Below are positions 10,048-19,218 of a stretch of 64,000 nucleotides of DNA, one piece after another; positions within the stretch are counted from its first letter, which is position 1, and each line of letters opens with the position of its first letter. A model generated the notes under the pieces. That model ran no database searches, was not told where the DNA came from, and worked only from the letters and a program-made list of their open reading frames with translations. Source of the stretch: an uncultured virus (IMG/VR IMGVR_UViG_3300011470_000007) (Duplodnaviria; Heunggongvirae; Uroviricota; Caudoviricetes); IMG/VR virus record IMGVR_UViG_3300011470_000007. One strand, written 5' to 3'. The position numbers and the translations under genes were made by a program.

Positions 10048-10085
10048 AAAACCGTTAGAAGTGAATAACTCTAACGGTTTTTTTT
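10048..10085 (+). terminator. Terminator ending early/middle operon
   Basis: AAAACCGTTAGA...TCTAACGGTTTTTTTT. Confidence 0.75.
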
Positions 10086-10109
10086 GCCTAAAATTTGGCA
10101 ATCAGAAAA

Positions 10110-10154
10110 TCGGAACTGTGCCACGTATTGCAAAAAACACCTGAAGCCTATGAT
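10110..10154 (+). promoter_or_regulatory. Late promoter 1 (TCGGAA-N3-TGCCAC box, -10 TATGAT 24 nt downstream)
   Basis: Motif recurs four times at late operon starts with fixed spacing. Confidence 0.75.
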
Positions 10155-10180
10155 AAGCAAAAAATGACGAAAGGGTACTT

Positions 10181-10639
10181 ATGTCTTATCAATTATCTAA
10201 ACGCAGTTTGAGCCGCTTGGCAGGTGTCGATGACAAATTGGTTGCCGTGGTAAAACGCGCGATTGAAATCTCACAGGTCGATTTTATGGTGCTTGAGGGT
10301 GTGCGCTCCAAAGAGCAGTGCATGATTAACTATGGGAAAGGGCGAACTGCCGCACAAGTGCAAGCAAAAGGTATCCCTGCACGCTATGCCAAGCCAAGCG
10401 CTGCAAAGGTTACTTGGCTTAATAACCCATTTGCAAGCAAGCACGTTACAGGTAAAGCAGTGGACTTAGTACCTTATCCTGTTGATTGGCATGACTTGTC
10501 CAAGTTCGACAAAATTGCTAAAGCCATGTTAACAGCCGCAAAAGAACTGAAGGTAAATATCCGCTGGGGCGCCGATTGGGATAATGATGGAAAACCTCGT
10601 GAGCGTGGTGAGTCTGATAGCCCCCACTTTGAAATTTGA
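10181..10639 (+). CDS. Endolysin, M15-family peptidase
   Basis: EGVRS, SKHVTGKAVD, IRWGADW, DSPHFE. Confidence 0.9.
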   Translation: MSYQLSKRSLSRLAGVDDKLVAVVKRAIEISQVDFMVLEGVRSKEQCMINYGKGRTAAQVQAKGIPARYAKPSAAKVTWLNNPFASKHVTGKAVDLVPYPVDWHDLSKFDKIAKAMLTAAKELKVNIRWGADWDNDGKPRERGESDSPHFEI

Positions 10640-10657
10640 TAATCTGATTGGTGAAAG

Positions 10658-10885
10658 ATGAAATTTGAGCTCGTACCAAAATGGCAAACTGGCTGGAAGT
10701 GGTTTAGTAACTGGGCATTTATGATTATTGTCTTTTTGGCGACCGTACCACTGCCCCCTGAAGTGGTGGCGATGTTACCACCGACTATCCAAAAATATCT
10801 CATTGCGATTGTGGCTGTCTGTGGCTTGGTATTGCGATTTGTTAAACAAAAACCGCCAGTAGGGTTTGATACCTATCATGACTGA
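10658..10885 (+). CDS. Probable holin
   Basis: 75 aa, two TM segments, adjacent to endolysin. Confidence 0.65.
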   Translation: MKFELVPKWQTGWKWFSNWAFMIIVFLATVPLPPEVVAMLPPTIQKYLIAIVAVCGLVLRFVKQKPPVGFDTYHD

Positions 10886-11075
10886 CATCATCGACCGCGC
10901 CAATGATGAGGCACAGCGCTGGCTAGATGAACAAATCGCAAAAAATCATCATGCAGCCACAGATGATACTGAGTGTATCGACTGTGGGGTACCAATCGGA
11001 CAACAACGCAAACAAGCTGTGCCTTGGGCAGTACGCTGTATCAGATGTCAAACCGCCCAAGAGCAAAAGGGATAA
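10878..11075 (+). CDS. TraR/DksA C4 zinc-finger protein
   Basis: DIIDRA...CIDCG..I...R.....AVRCIRCQ. Confidence 0.9.
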   Translation: MTDIIDRANDEAQRWLDEQIAKNHHAATDDTECIDCGVPIGQQRKQAVPWAVRCIRCQTAQEQKG

Positions 11076-11081
11076 GGGCAG

Positions 11082-11417
11082 ATGATGACACTGGAACTTG
11101 AAGGCTACCAAGCGATTATGCTTGCCATTACCATCGGTGGGTCAATCTTTGGGGCAGGTAAAGCATTTTTTGGACGTATTGAAACCTCACTAAAAGATCG
11201 TGATGATGGTCTGAAGGCTGAAATCGCCAAGGTTAATGACAATGTGAGTAAAGAGTCGGAAGCCATCCGCCAGCTTGACCGTGAAATCTTAAAACTAAAA
11301 GCTGAATTGCCCCGCGAATATGTTGCCAAAGAAGATTTTATTCGTTCATTTACGGTTGTTGAAGCCAAGATTGATGCCGTACAGACAACCTTAACCCAAT
11401 TTGCTAAAGAGAAATAA
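11082..11417 (+). CDS. Membrane-anchored coiled-coil protein
   Basis: N-terminal TM, LPREYVAKEDFIR motif. Confidence 0.7.
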   Translation: MMTLELEGYQAIMLAITIGGSIFGAGKAFFGRIETSLKDRDDGLKAEIAKVNDNVSKESEAIRQLDREILKLKAELPREYVAKEDFIRSFTVVEAKIDAVQTTLTQFAKEK

Positions 11418-11418
11418 C

Positions 11419-11733
11419 ATGAGTGTAGATTTGCTGAAAACTCGGCGTGCAGGTATGCGTTGGCATTTAATTAACGCCCTTGATAAAGCCCGTCCTATCG
11501 GAGCTTTGGATACTTTGCTGCTTGATGTGATGCGTGAAATCTATCCCGATGCGACAGCCAATGAGCTACACCAGCAATTATCCTACCTTGAACAAAAAGA
11601 TATGGTTGATATCAACCGTCAACCCTCTGGTCATTGGCATGGCTGCCTGACGGCTGATGGTGTCGATGTGGTCGAATATACCAGTGATTGCCCAAGCGGT
11701 ATCGCTCGTCCTGCTAAGTATTGGGTGGGCTAA
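11419..11733 (+). CDS. Mu gp26-like winged-helix protein
   Basis: LSYLEQK...LTADGVDVVEY...GIARP; precedes small terminase. Confidence 0.75.
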   Translation: MSVDLLKTRRAGMRWHLINALDKARPIGALDTLLLDVMREIYPDATANELHQQLSYLEQKDMVDINRQPSGHWHGCLTADGVDVVEYTSDCPSGIARPAKYWVG

Positions 11734-11736
11734 ATC

Positions 11737-11823
11737 ATGGAAATGCTTGGCGTGGGTGTATTGCTTGGCGGCATTGTTGGCTTTGTGATTGGTTATGTGA
11801 CTGCTGTAGCCTTGTGGCGGTAG
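11737..11823 (+). CDS. Possible 28-aa single-TM peptide (not in ORF track)
   Basis: MEMLGVGVLLGGIVGFVIGYVTAVALWR; fills the intergenic gap exactly. Confidence 0.45.
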   Translation: MEMLGVGVLLGGIVGFVIGYVTAVALWR

Positions 11824-11832
11824 GGGATAAAC

Positions 11833-12387
11833 ATGGGACGTGAAAGCGCGATTGATAGACTGCCACCAGATATCAAGAAACTGTTAGATGATAAGCTGTT
11901 TGATAATGGCTTTAATGGCTATGTTGACCTTGAAACATGGCTACGTGAGCAAGGTTATGAGATTAGCAAGTCATCAATTCATCGCTATGGACAAAAGGTA
12001 GAGCGCAAATTAGCGGCTGTCCAAGCGTCAACACAAGCGGCAATGATGATAGCCGAGCAAGCACCTGATGACGCGGATGTGCGTAGTCAGGCGGTGTTGT
12101 CGTTGGTACAGACTGAACTGTTTAACGCACTCGTTGATTTTCAATCCGTGGTTGAAGAGGATGAAAAAGCGATGAGTCCTGCTGACCGTATCAAGCTGTT
12201 TGGTCAAGCAGGTAAAGGCATTGCCAATGTCACCACGGCGTCCGTCAATCAGAAAAAATGGCAGGTTGAAGTACGTGACAAGGCGCAAAAGGCAGCAGAT
12301 GCGGTAGAAAATATCGTGTCAAAAGGTGGATTATCGGGTGATACCGTCCAGATGATTAGAAAAGAGATTTTGGGGATTGCAGAATAA
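11833..12387 (+). CDS. Terminase small subunit (DUF3486, Mu gp27-like)
   Basis: MGRESAIDRLP...ISKSSIHRYG...IRKEILGI. Confidence 0.88.
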   Translation: MGRESAIDRLPPDIKKLLDDKLFDNGFNGYVDLETWLREQGYEISKSSIHRYGQKVERKLAAVQASTQAAMMIAEQAPDDADVRSQAVLSLVQTELFNALVDFQSVVEEDEKAMSPADRIKLFGQAGKGIANVTTASVNQKKWQVEVRDKAQKAADAVENIVSKGGLSGDTVQMIRKEILGIAE

Positions 12388-13943
12388 TGCCAAGTAAAAA
12401 TCCACCACTACTAGATAGCACCGCCAGTATCGTTGCGCCTGCGGTGTTATTGCCGTATCAGCAGGCATGGGTGGCGGATAAAAGCCAGCTTAAAGTCGCT
12501 GAGAAGTCTCGTCGTATTGGTCTGACGTGGGCAGAGGCTGCCGATGATGTGCTAATCGCTGCCAGTGATAAAAAAAGTGGTGGGCAAAACGTCTATTATG
12601 TCGGCTATAACCAAGACATGACAATGGAGTTCATCGAAGCCTGTGCGATGTGGGCACGCTCGTTTGATTATGTGGCAAGCGAAATCGAAGAAGGATTGTG
12701 GGAAGATGAAGACAAGCAAATTAAAACCTTTACCATCCGCTTTCCTAATTCAAAGCACCGTATCACTGCCCTATCTAGTCGCCCATCTAACTTGCGTGGT
12801 AAGCAAGGCGTGGTGGTCATCGATGAGGCGGCATTCCATGAAGACCTTGCTGGCTTAATCAAGGCGGCACTGGCACTACTGATTTGGGGTGGTAAAGTCC
12901 GTATTATCTCAACGCACAATGGTGATGAGAACCTATTTAACGAACTTATCAATGAGATTCGTAGTGGCAAGCGCAAAGGCTCGGTGTTTCGCTGCGACTT
13001 TCATGAAGCTGTCATAGATGGGCTGTACAAGCGCGTTTGTCTGCGGCGTGGTATCAAGTACGATGCGGATGAGGAAAACAAGTGGGTCAAGGAAGTCTAT
13101 GACTTCTATGGCGATGATGCCGACGAGGAGCTTGATGTTATCCCATCCCAAGGCTCTGGGCGTTGGCTATCCACCGCCCTACTTGAGAAATTGGCGGATG
13201 AAAATTCACAGGTCGTGACCTTTACTGCCCCCAAAGGCTTTGATACGTGGACAGAAGAAGCACGCACTACAGAGGTAGAGACTTGGCTAAAAGCAACGGT
13301 TGAACCGCTGCTAGTGGGCTTGCAACCGCAAGATACGCATTTTTATGGGCTAGATTTTGCCCGTAAGCGCGATGCGTCATCGATGTGGGTACAAGGTCAA
13401 CGGCTGAACCTAAAGCGTTACTGTCCGTTTGTGCTTGAGATGATTAAAGTTCCGTATAATCAGCAAAAGCAAATCCTTTCCCATGTAACAGACTGTTTGC
13501 CACGTTTTGCCAAAGGCGCACATGATGCCACAGGTAACGGTGGTTATCTGGCGGAGCAGATGCAAATCAAGTGGGGTGAGCGTGTCGAGGCAGTGATGTT
13601 GTCTGAAGGGTGGTATCGAGAGCATACACCACACTTTAAAGCCAGTCTTGAAGATGGCATGATTGAAAATATGCCAGCCAACAAAGACATCCGTGATGAC
13701 CACTTGCTGTTTCGTAAGGTCAAAGGGGTGGCAAAAATCCCTGACCAGCGCACCAAGTCCGAGGATGGTAGTAACAAAAGGCATGGTGACTCAGGCATTG
13801 CGCATTTGCTGTGTGATTATGCCAGTACCATGCCTGTGGGGGCGATTGATTGGACGCCTGCACCAAGCCCCAGTGATGTGCCAAAAAATATGCAAGATAT
13901 GTTTGATGATTGGCATATGGGTGGTATGCAGGGGTTTTGTTGA
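12387..13943 (+). CDS. Terminase large subunit (Mu gp28-like)
   Basis: LLPYQ, EKSRRIGLTW, VVIDEAAFH, GLDFAR, RHGD. Confidence 0.95.
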   Translation: MPSKNPPLLDSTASIVAPAVLLPYQQAWVADKSQLKVAEKSRRIGLTWAEAADDVLIAASDKKSGGQNVYYVGYNQDMTMEFIEACAMWARSFDYVASEIEEGLWEDEDKQIKTFTIRFPNSKHRITALSSRPSNLRGKQGVVVIDEAAFHEDLAGLIKAALALLIWGGKVRIISTHNGDENLFNELINEIRSGKRKGSVFRCDFHEAVIDGLYKRVCLRRGIKYDADEENKWVKEVYDFYGDDADEELDVIPSQGSGRWLSTALLEKLADENSQVVTFTAPKGFDTWTEEARTTEVETWLKATVEPLLVGLQPQDTHFYGLDFARKRDASSMWVQGQRLNLKRYCPFVLEMIKVPYNQQKQILSHVTDCLPRFAKGAHDATGNGGYLAEQMQIKWGERVEAVMLSEGWYREHTPHFKASLEDGMIENMPANKDIRDDHLLFRKVKGVAKIPDQRTKSEDGSNKRHGDSGIAHLLCDYASTMPVGAIDWTPAPSPSDVPKNMQDMFDDWHMGGMQGFC

Positions 13944-14594
13944 TTATTTCTTTGATTCTTCTTTTTGATAATCGGCAGATGCTTGTTCTGGCGTCATATT
14001 AACCCTTGACTTGCATTTCGCGAACTTTTCATCAAAACGTGCTTTGCGATACCTGATTTGTTTACGACTATCGGCATTGTTATGTGTCAAATCGTTAGAA
14101 TAATCAAATAACAAAGACTGCAATTCAACATACGCATTATCACAAGCGTAGTATGGGGCTAGTGTGTATTCGGGGTCGTCGCCATAAGCATTAAAAGAAC
14201 CAATCGCACGTTGAGGTAACGTGGTGGTGAGCTTGACCAAGGTATTTTTTTCACCATGTTGATAGGCATCTAAAATATAGGTGTTGTTTTCATTGATTTG
14301 CCGATAGATATCTTTGGCAAACTCATGAGCAGTAACGATATTTTTGGTGGAGTTATCACTTGGCACAACATCGGGTTTTGGCTGTGCTACAGGTTGAACT
14401 TGTGCGACTGGTTGAGGTTCTGCCATAGGTTTTTTATCATCATACATTCCTGTGAGATAAGCGATGGGTATCATGAGTAGCATACTAATCATAAACCCCC
14501 ATGCAAAGGGTTGGGCTACTTGTTTTTTCTTACACTGTAAGCCTGTGATAATCCATAGAGCAATCCATAAGCCAAAAAATATATAAATCGTCAT
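13944..14594 (-). CDS. Moron: membrane-anchored hypothetical protein
   Basis: Two N-terminal TM helices, PQPVAQ linker, two Cys; AAGGGA RBS; opposite strand. Confidence 0.75.
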   Translation of the reverse strand: MTIYIFFGLWIALWIITGLQCKKKQVAQPFAWGFMISMLLMIPIAYLTGMYDDKKPMAEPQPVAQVQPVAQPKPDVVPSDNSTKNIVTAHEFAKDIYRQINENNTYILDAYQHGEKNTLVKLTTTLPQRAIGSFNAYGDDPEYTLAPYYACDNAYVELQSLLFDYSNDLTHNNADSRKQIRYRKARFDEKFAKCKSRVNMTPEQASADYQKEESKK

Positions 14595-14628
14595 AATTAA
14601 TCCCTTAACAAAATTCTAACGGCATAAA

Positions 14629-14673
14629 TCGGAATAATGCCACATTGCTGAATTAATGACAAACAAATACACT
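14629..14673 (+). promoter_or_regulatory. Late promoter 2 (box plus -10 TACACT)
   Basis: TCGGAAtaaTGCCAC, 24 nt, TACACT; upstream of portal. Confidence 0.75.
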
Positions 14674-14700
14674 CAAGGCTAAAATCTTGAGGACTACCCT

Positions 14701-16344
14701 ATGTCATGGTACAACCAACCCCTTAACGCCATTGCTGCTCTAAAAAACATCCCCAAACTCTTTAACAAAGACCAACTCACCCAAAGCCAAACCGAAAACC
14801 GCAGCATGACCGCATACGGTGCAGAGTTTGAACACCCTGCCATCGGACTCACCCCGCTTAAAGTCCATGCCCTACTCACTCAAGCTGAAGCGGGAAACAT
14901 GAATGCCATGCTTGCCCTATTTGAAGACATGGAAGAGCGTGACTTGCACCTGCTCGCTGAGATGAGCAAGCGTAAACGCACAGTTGCCAAGCTGGACTGG
15001 TCAATCAAAGCCCCCAAAAATGCCGATGCCAATGAGCAAAAATATACCGAAGTTATCAGTGAGTTAATCGGTATTATCGAAAACTTTGAAGACATTATCA
15101 CAGATAGCCTAGATGCAATTGGTAAAGGGTTTAGCTGTCATGAGCTACACTGGGTGCGTGAAGGTAACGTATGGCTAATTAATGACATGCAGTGGCACGT
15201 GCCGCAGCGGTTTATCATTGATCCATTTAATCAACGTGAGCTGCTCTTGGCGGGTAATGGCTTAGGTGATGATGAGCCGCTCTGGGAAAATGCGTGGCTG
15301 GTGCATACCCACAAAGCCAAATCGGGCTACTTGGTGCGTGGTGGACTACACCGAGCGTTGGTATGGTCGTATGTGTTTAAAAATTACAGTGTGCGTGATT
15401 TGGCAGAATTTCTTGAGATTTATGGGCTGCCGCTACGCTTGGGTACTTATCCTGCTGGGGCAACGGATGGGGAGAAATTGACCTTGCTCAGGGCAGTGAT
15501 GGAAATCGGACACCGTGCAGCAGGGATAATTCCACAAGGCATGATGATTGATTTTAAAGAGGCTGCTAAGGGTAGCAGTGACCCATTTATGGATATGATT
15601 AAGTGGTGTGAGATGTCGCAGTCTAAAGCCATCTTAGGCGGTACGTTAACATCACAGGCAGATGGCAAGTCATCAACTAATGCCCTTGGCAAAGTACATG
15701 AGGAAACACGCTTAGAAATCCGTGACAGTGATGCCAAACAGCTTGCTAGTAGTATCAGTCGTGACGTGATTGGGGCATTAATGCGGATTAACTATCCGAA
15801 TGTATCGCCACGTCGCTATCCAAAGTTTGTCTTTGACTTGGCAGAAACGGAAGATATTGGGGTGTATTCTGAAGCCCTGCCAAAACTGGTCGGTATTGGT
15901 ATGCAGATACCTGCCCCTTGGGCGCATAAACGCCTTGGCATTCCAATGGTCAGCGGTGATGAGCCTGTATTGTCAATGGCGCAAGCCAACCAACCAACCA
16001 ACCAAGCGCCACTCACCGCTCAACTGCCAGCGGTTGCTATGCTAAATCAAGCGACTGATACGGCTATCCCTGCCGAAACTACCGCAGAAAGCCAACGTAT
16101 GGCGTTAGAAACTGGGCTTGACGCTGTGCTATCTAACGATATGCTGGGGCAAATTGGGCAGCGTCTAACGGCTGGTATGGTCGAAAAACTGCAAGGCTTT
16201 GATAGTTTTGAAGAAGCCTTGGGGTATCTATCTGACAATGTGCCAGATAATCCAGAACTTTTGGCATCGCTTACCCAGATGATTGCTATCAGCACCGCAA
16301 TGGGCATAGATGACCAATTGACTGCTAGAGGTAGCAATGCCTAA
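14701..16344 (+). CDS. Portal protein (DUF935, Mu gp29-like)
   Basis: LFEDMEERD, FLEIYGLP.RLG.Y, SKAILGGTLTS. Confidence 0.95.
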   Translation: MSWYNQPLNAIAALKNIPKLFNKDQLTQSQTENRSMTAYGAEFEHPAIGLTPLKVHALLTQAEAGNMNAMLALFEDMEERDLHLLAEMSKRKRTVAKLDWSIKAPKNADANEQKYTEVISELIGIIENFEDIITDSLDAIGKGFSCHELHWVREGNVWLINDMQWHVPQRFIIDPFNQRELLLAGNGLGDDEPLWENAWLVHTHKAKSGYLVRGGLHRALVWSYVFKNYSVRDLAEFLEIYGLPLRLGTYPAGATDGEKLTLLRAVMEIGHRAAGIIPQGMMIDFKEAAKGSSDPFMDMIKWCEMSQSKAILGGTLTSQADGKSSTNALGKVHEETRLEIRDSDAKQLASSISRDVIGALMRINYPNVSPRRYPKFVFDLAETEDIGVYSEALPKLVGIGMQIPAPWAHKRLGIPMVSGDEPVLSMAQANQPTNQAPLTAQLPAVAMLNQATDTAIPAETTAESQRMALETGLDAVLSNDMLGQIGQRLTAGMVEKLQGFDSFEEALGYLSDNVPDNPELLASLTQMIAISTAMGIDDQLTARGSNA

Positions 16345-17641
16345 AACTGGATTTGATTTTAAATCACCGCCACAAGATGCTATCCGCTACCTTGAGCAAA
16401 AATTCCCAAAAGCCAGCTGGGCATATACTGATTTGCTGGACAATGCCCATGACCGCGCCTTTGTCGTGGCTAAGATGGTGGATGTGGATTTGGCAACCAC
16501 TGTACAGCGTAGCATCATTGATGCCATGCAAGAGGGTAAGGGCTATAAGGCGTGGGCAAAGGATATTGATAAAGTACTGGCAAAATCTGGCTGGTACGAT
16601 GGACAAATCAATGTGGATGCTCAAGGCAATGCCAAAAAAGTCGTCACAGGTGGACAGCACCGCCTTGAGACCATCTATCGCACCAATGTGGCAGCGGCGT
16701 ATGAGGCAGGGCGACAACAAGTTATCTTTAATGACCGTGACGATGATCCATTCGGCTATGTGATGTATTCCGCCATCATGGATAACCGCACTCGTCCAAC
16801 GCATAAAGCCTTGCATGGCAAGGTCATGGAAAAATCTGACCCTGCATGGTCATCTATCAGCCCACCAAACGGCTATAACTGTCGCTGTACTATCGTGGAG
16901 CTGACACAGGGACAGATTGACCGCTACGGCTACAAAGTGAGCAAAAGTGAGGGCAAACTATCTACCCAAGTGGTAGAACTGCCCAATGGCAAGGAAGCCC
17001 AGCGGACGCTGTTTGAGCTGGATAATGGGGCGGTGTTTAAAACAGATGTGGGCTTTAATCACGCACCAAAGATACTGCCCATGCAGACGTTATTTGATAA
17101 GGCAATATTGGCAGAGCCAAAATTTGCCAGTCGTGTGGTGAGCCAAGCGCTGGCACAGCCACGTATAAAAACTCAAGTTAATCAAGAAGTAAAAACATGG
17201 GTGCAAGGCGTTGATACCAAATATGCCAAAGGTGAATTTCGTCATGTAGGGGTGATTCCCAGTGTATTCATTGAGGCTTTGGCAAGTGAAAAAAACTTTG
17301 AACTACAAACAGCGGTGATTACCTTGCATGACCGTATTAGTCTGCATCATCTGGCTCGTGAGCATAAAACCCATAGCCAAGACTGGGTAGAAAATATTGT
17401 CGAGAATTTGACAGGCAAATATGCCCTGTATTGGGATAACAAAAAAAATTATCCTGTGTTCATCTTTGATGTGCCAAACTCAAAATATCGGTTAGTCATG
17501 CGCTTGAATGAAAACATCAAAGGTCACAATGTCTTTAATGAAAAACAGAAATTTACAGGCAATGTGATACGGACAATCACGGTAGATACGATAGAGAATA
17601 TCGAAAATGGCAGTCATTACGCGTTAATGACGACAAATTAG
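16337..17641 (+). CDS. MuF/gp30 minor head protein with ~190-aa C-terminal extension
   Basis: RLETIYRTN, D.RTRPTH, PPNGYNCRC, then an extra domain. Confidence 0.92.
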   Translation: MPKTGFDFKSPPQDAIRYLEQKFPKASWAYTDLLDNAHDRAFVVAKMVDVDLATTVQRSIIDAMQEGKGYKAWAKDIDKVLAKSGWYDGQINVDAQGNAKKVVTGGQHRLETIYRTNVAAAYEAGRQQVIFNDRDDDPFGYVMYSAIMDNRTRPTHKALHGKVMEKSDPAWSSISPPNGYNCRCTIVELTQGQIDRYGYKVSKSEGKLSTQVVELPNGKEAQRTLFELDNGAVFKTDVGFNHAPKILPMQTLFDKAILAEPKFASRVVSQALAQPRIKTQVNQEVKTWVQGVDTKYAKGEFRHVGVIPSVFIEALASEKNFELQTAVITLHDRISLHHLAREHKTHSQDWVENIVENLTGKYALYWDNKKNYPVFIFDVPNSKYRLVMRLNENIKGHNVFNEKQKFTGNVIRTITVDTIENIENGSHYALMTTN

Positions 17642-17724
17642 GTGGCATTGGGTGGGACTCGAACCGCACATTACACGGATAAGACAAGCTTAACCGAGCT
17701 CCTTCCTATTGAGTACACAATGCC
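17641..17724 (-). ncRNA. tRNA-like structured RNA, non-canonical anticodon arm
   Basis: GGCATTG/CAATGCC acceptor stem plus ACC, D-like arm, GGTTCGAGTCC T-loop, own promoter. Confidence 0.8.
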
Positions 17725-17732
17725 ATACTTGC

Positions 17733-17761
17733 ATTGTATGGCTTATTATTAACAAAATCAA
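17733..17761 (-). promoter_or_regulatory. sigma70 promoter for the tRNA-like RNA
   Basis: TTGATT-17 bp-TACAAT; -10 ends 8 nt before the acceptor stem. Confidence 0.75.
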
Positions 17762-17769
17762 GGCATGAT

Positions 17770-18246
17770 ATGACCATCAATCTTGACACCAGCGAACTTG
17801 AGCGAGTATTACACAATGCCGCCAATCACCTGACCCATACTGCCCCACTGATGGAAGACATTAGCCGTGCGCTACTATCTGAAACCATGATGAATTTCCA
17901 GCTTGGGGGGCGTCCTGCATGGGCTGGGTTATCGCCTTTAACCATTGCTAGACGTCGTGGCGGTGCAGGTGCGATATTACAAGATACTGGCGAACTCAAA
18001 CGCAGTATCAAAGCCACTCATACCAATGATACTGCAACCATAGGAACAAACCTTGTGTATGCCCCAACCCATCAATTTGGGGCTAAGATGGGTCAATATG
18101 GGCATACTGCTAAATCCCCCATACCGTGGGGTGATATTCCAGCCCGTCCTTTTATCCCAATAGATAAAAATGGCGATATCAGTCATGACGGATTTTTAGC
18201 AGTACGTGAGGTGGTCAATGGTTATTTGGCAGGTAGCTTTGGCTAA
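17770..18246 (+). CDS. Virion morphogenesis protein (Mu gpG-like)
   Basis: ILQDTGELKRSI, GTNLVYAPTHQFG, IPARPF. Confidence 0.9.
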   Translation: MTINLDTSELERVLHNAANHLTHTAPLMEDISRALLSETMMNFQLGGRPAWAGLSPLTIARRRGGAGAILQDTGELKRSIKATHTNDTATIGTNLVYAPTHQFGAKMGQYGHTAKSPIPWGDIPARPFIPIDKNGDISHDGFLAVREVVNGYLAGSFG

Positions 18247-18376
18247 CGCTATCAAATATCCATTTAAACCCCGTTAGGCATACGTTAGATTTTATTCTAA
18301 TAGCGCGGTTATGTCTTTGTGCCATAGACATAAAAAAACGCCTGTAAAGGCGTTATAAAGCGAAATCGATTTTTAG

Positions 18377-18586
18377 TTATTTTTTGGGTGAGTTGTCATT
18401 GTCTAATTGGTCGATATGCTGACCGATTAATTTTATCATAAGTGCATTAAACGACCCATCGAATTTTTTGTTTTCGACAAAGTCTGCTTCCTTTGGGTGG
18501 GTATCTGGGTTAATCACCACCTCCTTTTTTATTGTCTTCTTGCGATAGTTGCCTGTCGCACGATGTTGCGCCTCGGTTATCGGCAT
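18377..18586 (-). CDS. Small putative DNA-binding protein (moron)
   Basis: AGGAGG RBS; TEAQHRATGNYRKK basic N-terminus. Confidence 0.65.
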   Translation of the reverse strand: MPITEAQHRATGNYRKKTIKKEVVINPDTHPKEADFVENKKFDGSFNALMIKLIGQHIDQLDNDNSPKK

Positions 18587-18754
18587 ACTTACCTCCTGTC
18601 ATTGGTTGGCTTGGTGGGTTAATCATAGCACGTGGGCGCCCAGCGCCTTGTAAAAATCTTGGCTTCATTGTATCTGCCTGTATTAATGACTTTGATTGGT
18701 TATCGTGATAGTTAATTAGGTCACATTCACACATAAGTGCCTCGTTGGTAGTGT

Positions 18755-18798
18755 TATATACATGAATATAATTATATATACATGAATATATAATGCAA
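18755..18798 (-). promoter_or_regulatory. Moron promoter with two 16-bp direct repeats
   Basis: TTGCAT-16-TATAAT on minus strand; TATATACATGAATATA at 18755 and 18775. Confidence 0.65.
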
Positions 18799-18836
18799 TA
18801 ACCATTCATCGGATTTTATCGAATACTTTTTAAAAC

Positions 18837-18881
18837 TCGGAAACTTGCCACCTAATTTCTCAGTTGGTTTCTTGCCAAGAT
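18837..18881 (+). promoter_or_regulatory. Late promoter 3
   Basis: TCGGAAactTGCCAC, 24 nt, CAAGAT; upstream of protease/capsid operon. Confidence 0.7.
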
Positions 18882-18920
18882 ATACCCTATCTCATGTGAT
18901 TTAAAAAATTGGATTATCAA

Positions 18921-19136
18921 ATGAAAATTATTCATTTAGAAGTCGCTTGGCGTAAAGCTCCCAGTTGGGCTAAGTGGGTTTCAAGAAATGAAGACGGAAT
19001 TTGGTACTGGTCAAAGTATGAACCTTATCCTACAGATGACGGATATTGGATTATCAGTGGACAGAAAGAATTAGCTTTTTGTGAAAGTAAAACTGATGGC
19101 TACCAATTAGTTAAATTTTCAAAACCTAATATTTAA
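18921..19136 (+). CDS. Hypothetical Trp-rich phage protein
   Basis: W.KAPSWAKWV...DG.WYW...P motif. Confidence 0.6.
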   Translation: MKIIHLEVAWRKAPSWAKWVSRNEDGIWYWSKYEPYPTDDGYWIISGQKELAFCESKTDGYQLVKFSKPNI

Positions 19137-19218
19137 AAAGTGAAAGGTGTGGGAGGTAGTTATGTAGTCCATCAATCCATCTAAATGACCCTAAACTTAA
19201 ATAAGTGACTAATTAATT

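Noticed and set aside
17641..17724. Canonical tRNA gene or att remnant
   Set aside because: No 7-nt anticodon loop, bulged T stem, and it lies mid-head-operon in a transposable phage; kept as a tRNA-like ncRNA
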